This document shows positions 63,744-64,000 of a stretch of 64,000 bases of DNA, piece by piece. The translations under genes and the position numbers were made by a program. Numbering within the stretch: position 1 is the stretch's first letter; the number at the start of each line of letters is the position of its first letter. Source of the stretch: Bacteroidetes bacterium GWA2_40_15 (GTDB lineage: Bacteria; Bacteroidota; Bacteroidia; Bacteroidales; VadinHA17); NCBI GenBank assembly GCA_001768195.1, contig MENI01000097.1, positions 73,198-137,197 of the forward strand, in the 5' to 3' direction. Under the pieces are notes generated by a model. The model made no database searches, had not been told where the DNA came from, and was given only the letters and a program-made list of their open reading frames with translations.

Positions 63744-64000
63744 TTAATTGACAGTGAAAACAGAGTCGGCAACTTTAATAAAGTCTTCGGGATCGGTAGT
63801 AAATGTCATTTTTTCAGCAACTTTTTTATTGTTGAAAGAGGGAGAATCTGTAAATATTATCCTTTTTAACATTAATGATTTTCCGATATTTCTGAAATAT
63901 AAAACCTTCTTTTCAGCAAAATCGAACGAACTTGAATTAACTATAAGATATTCGAATGGTTTTGTTTTATAAATCTCCACTACTTCAGACGCAGGTAAAA
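63744..64000 (-). CDS. Hypothetical protein, possibly the 3' part of a longer gene
   Basis: The minus-strand frame stays open from the GTG at 63980 to the window edge, with no in-frame stop between 63981 and 64000, so the true start may lie outside the window. No recognisable motif. Confidence 0.3.
   Translation of the reverse strand, partial: LPASEVVEIYKTKPFEYLIVNSSSFDFAEKKVLYFRNIGKSLMLKRIIFTDSPSFNNKKVAEKMTFTTDPEDFIKVADSVFTVN

Overview
64-kb chromosomal segment with the hallmarks of a Bacteroidota genome: low GC, the T9SS/gliding translocon SprA, a fused lpxC-fabZ gene, TAnnTTTG-type -7 promoter boxes and several ECF sigma factors. Most of the window is housekeeping. It contains a tatA fragment, a futalosine-type radical SAM gene, pepA, pdxA, ruvA, sprA, gcvH, rimP-nusA-infB, a CPA2 antiporter, the lpxD/lpxC-fabZ/lpxA block, thiL, sufBCDSE plus a DUF59 gene, queG and yjbQ. 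I found no rRNA, tRNA, CRISPR array, transposase, integrase or phage gene. The accessory part is about 22.5-40.6 kb. (i) An ECF sigma / zf-HC2 anti-sigma / LTxxQ (Spy/CpxP-like) / Gly-Tyr-Arg-rich secreted protein module on the plus strand carries a duplicated 45-nt promoter-like motif. (ii) Convergent with it is a tightly packed seven-gene minus-strand operon (24984-40606) in which the parts of an ABC-2 transporter bracket a two-RND tripartite efflux cassette. One of its genes (25700-30463) is a single uninterrupted ORF encoding a complete 12-TM RND permease, six further TM helices and a full ABC ATPase domain. By manual alignment, both RND paralogues have Asn at two of the canonical AcrB proton-relay positions (D408, K940). 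The large ABC-2 permease in the same operon carries an M1-aminopeptidase-like domain with no HExxH motif. I consider this RND/ABC hybrid the best candidate for an undescribed system. Smaller observations are heptamer tandem tracts and G/C-rich nested hairpins at gene 3' ends, a terminator-like hairpin in the rimP-nusA-infB leader, and an inverted repeat in the suf leader. All calls come from reading the supplied translations and sequence by eye; no database search was run.
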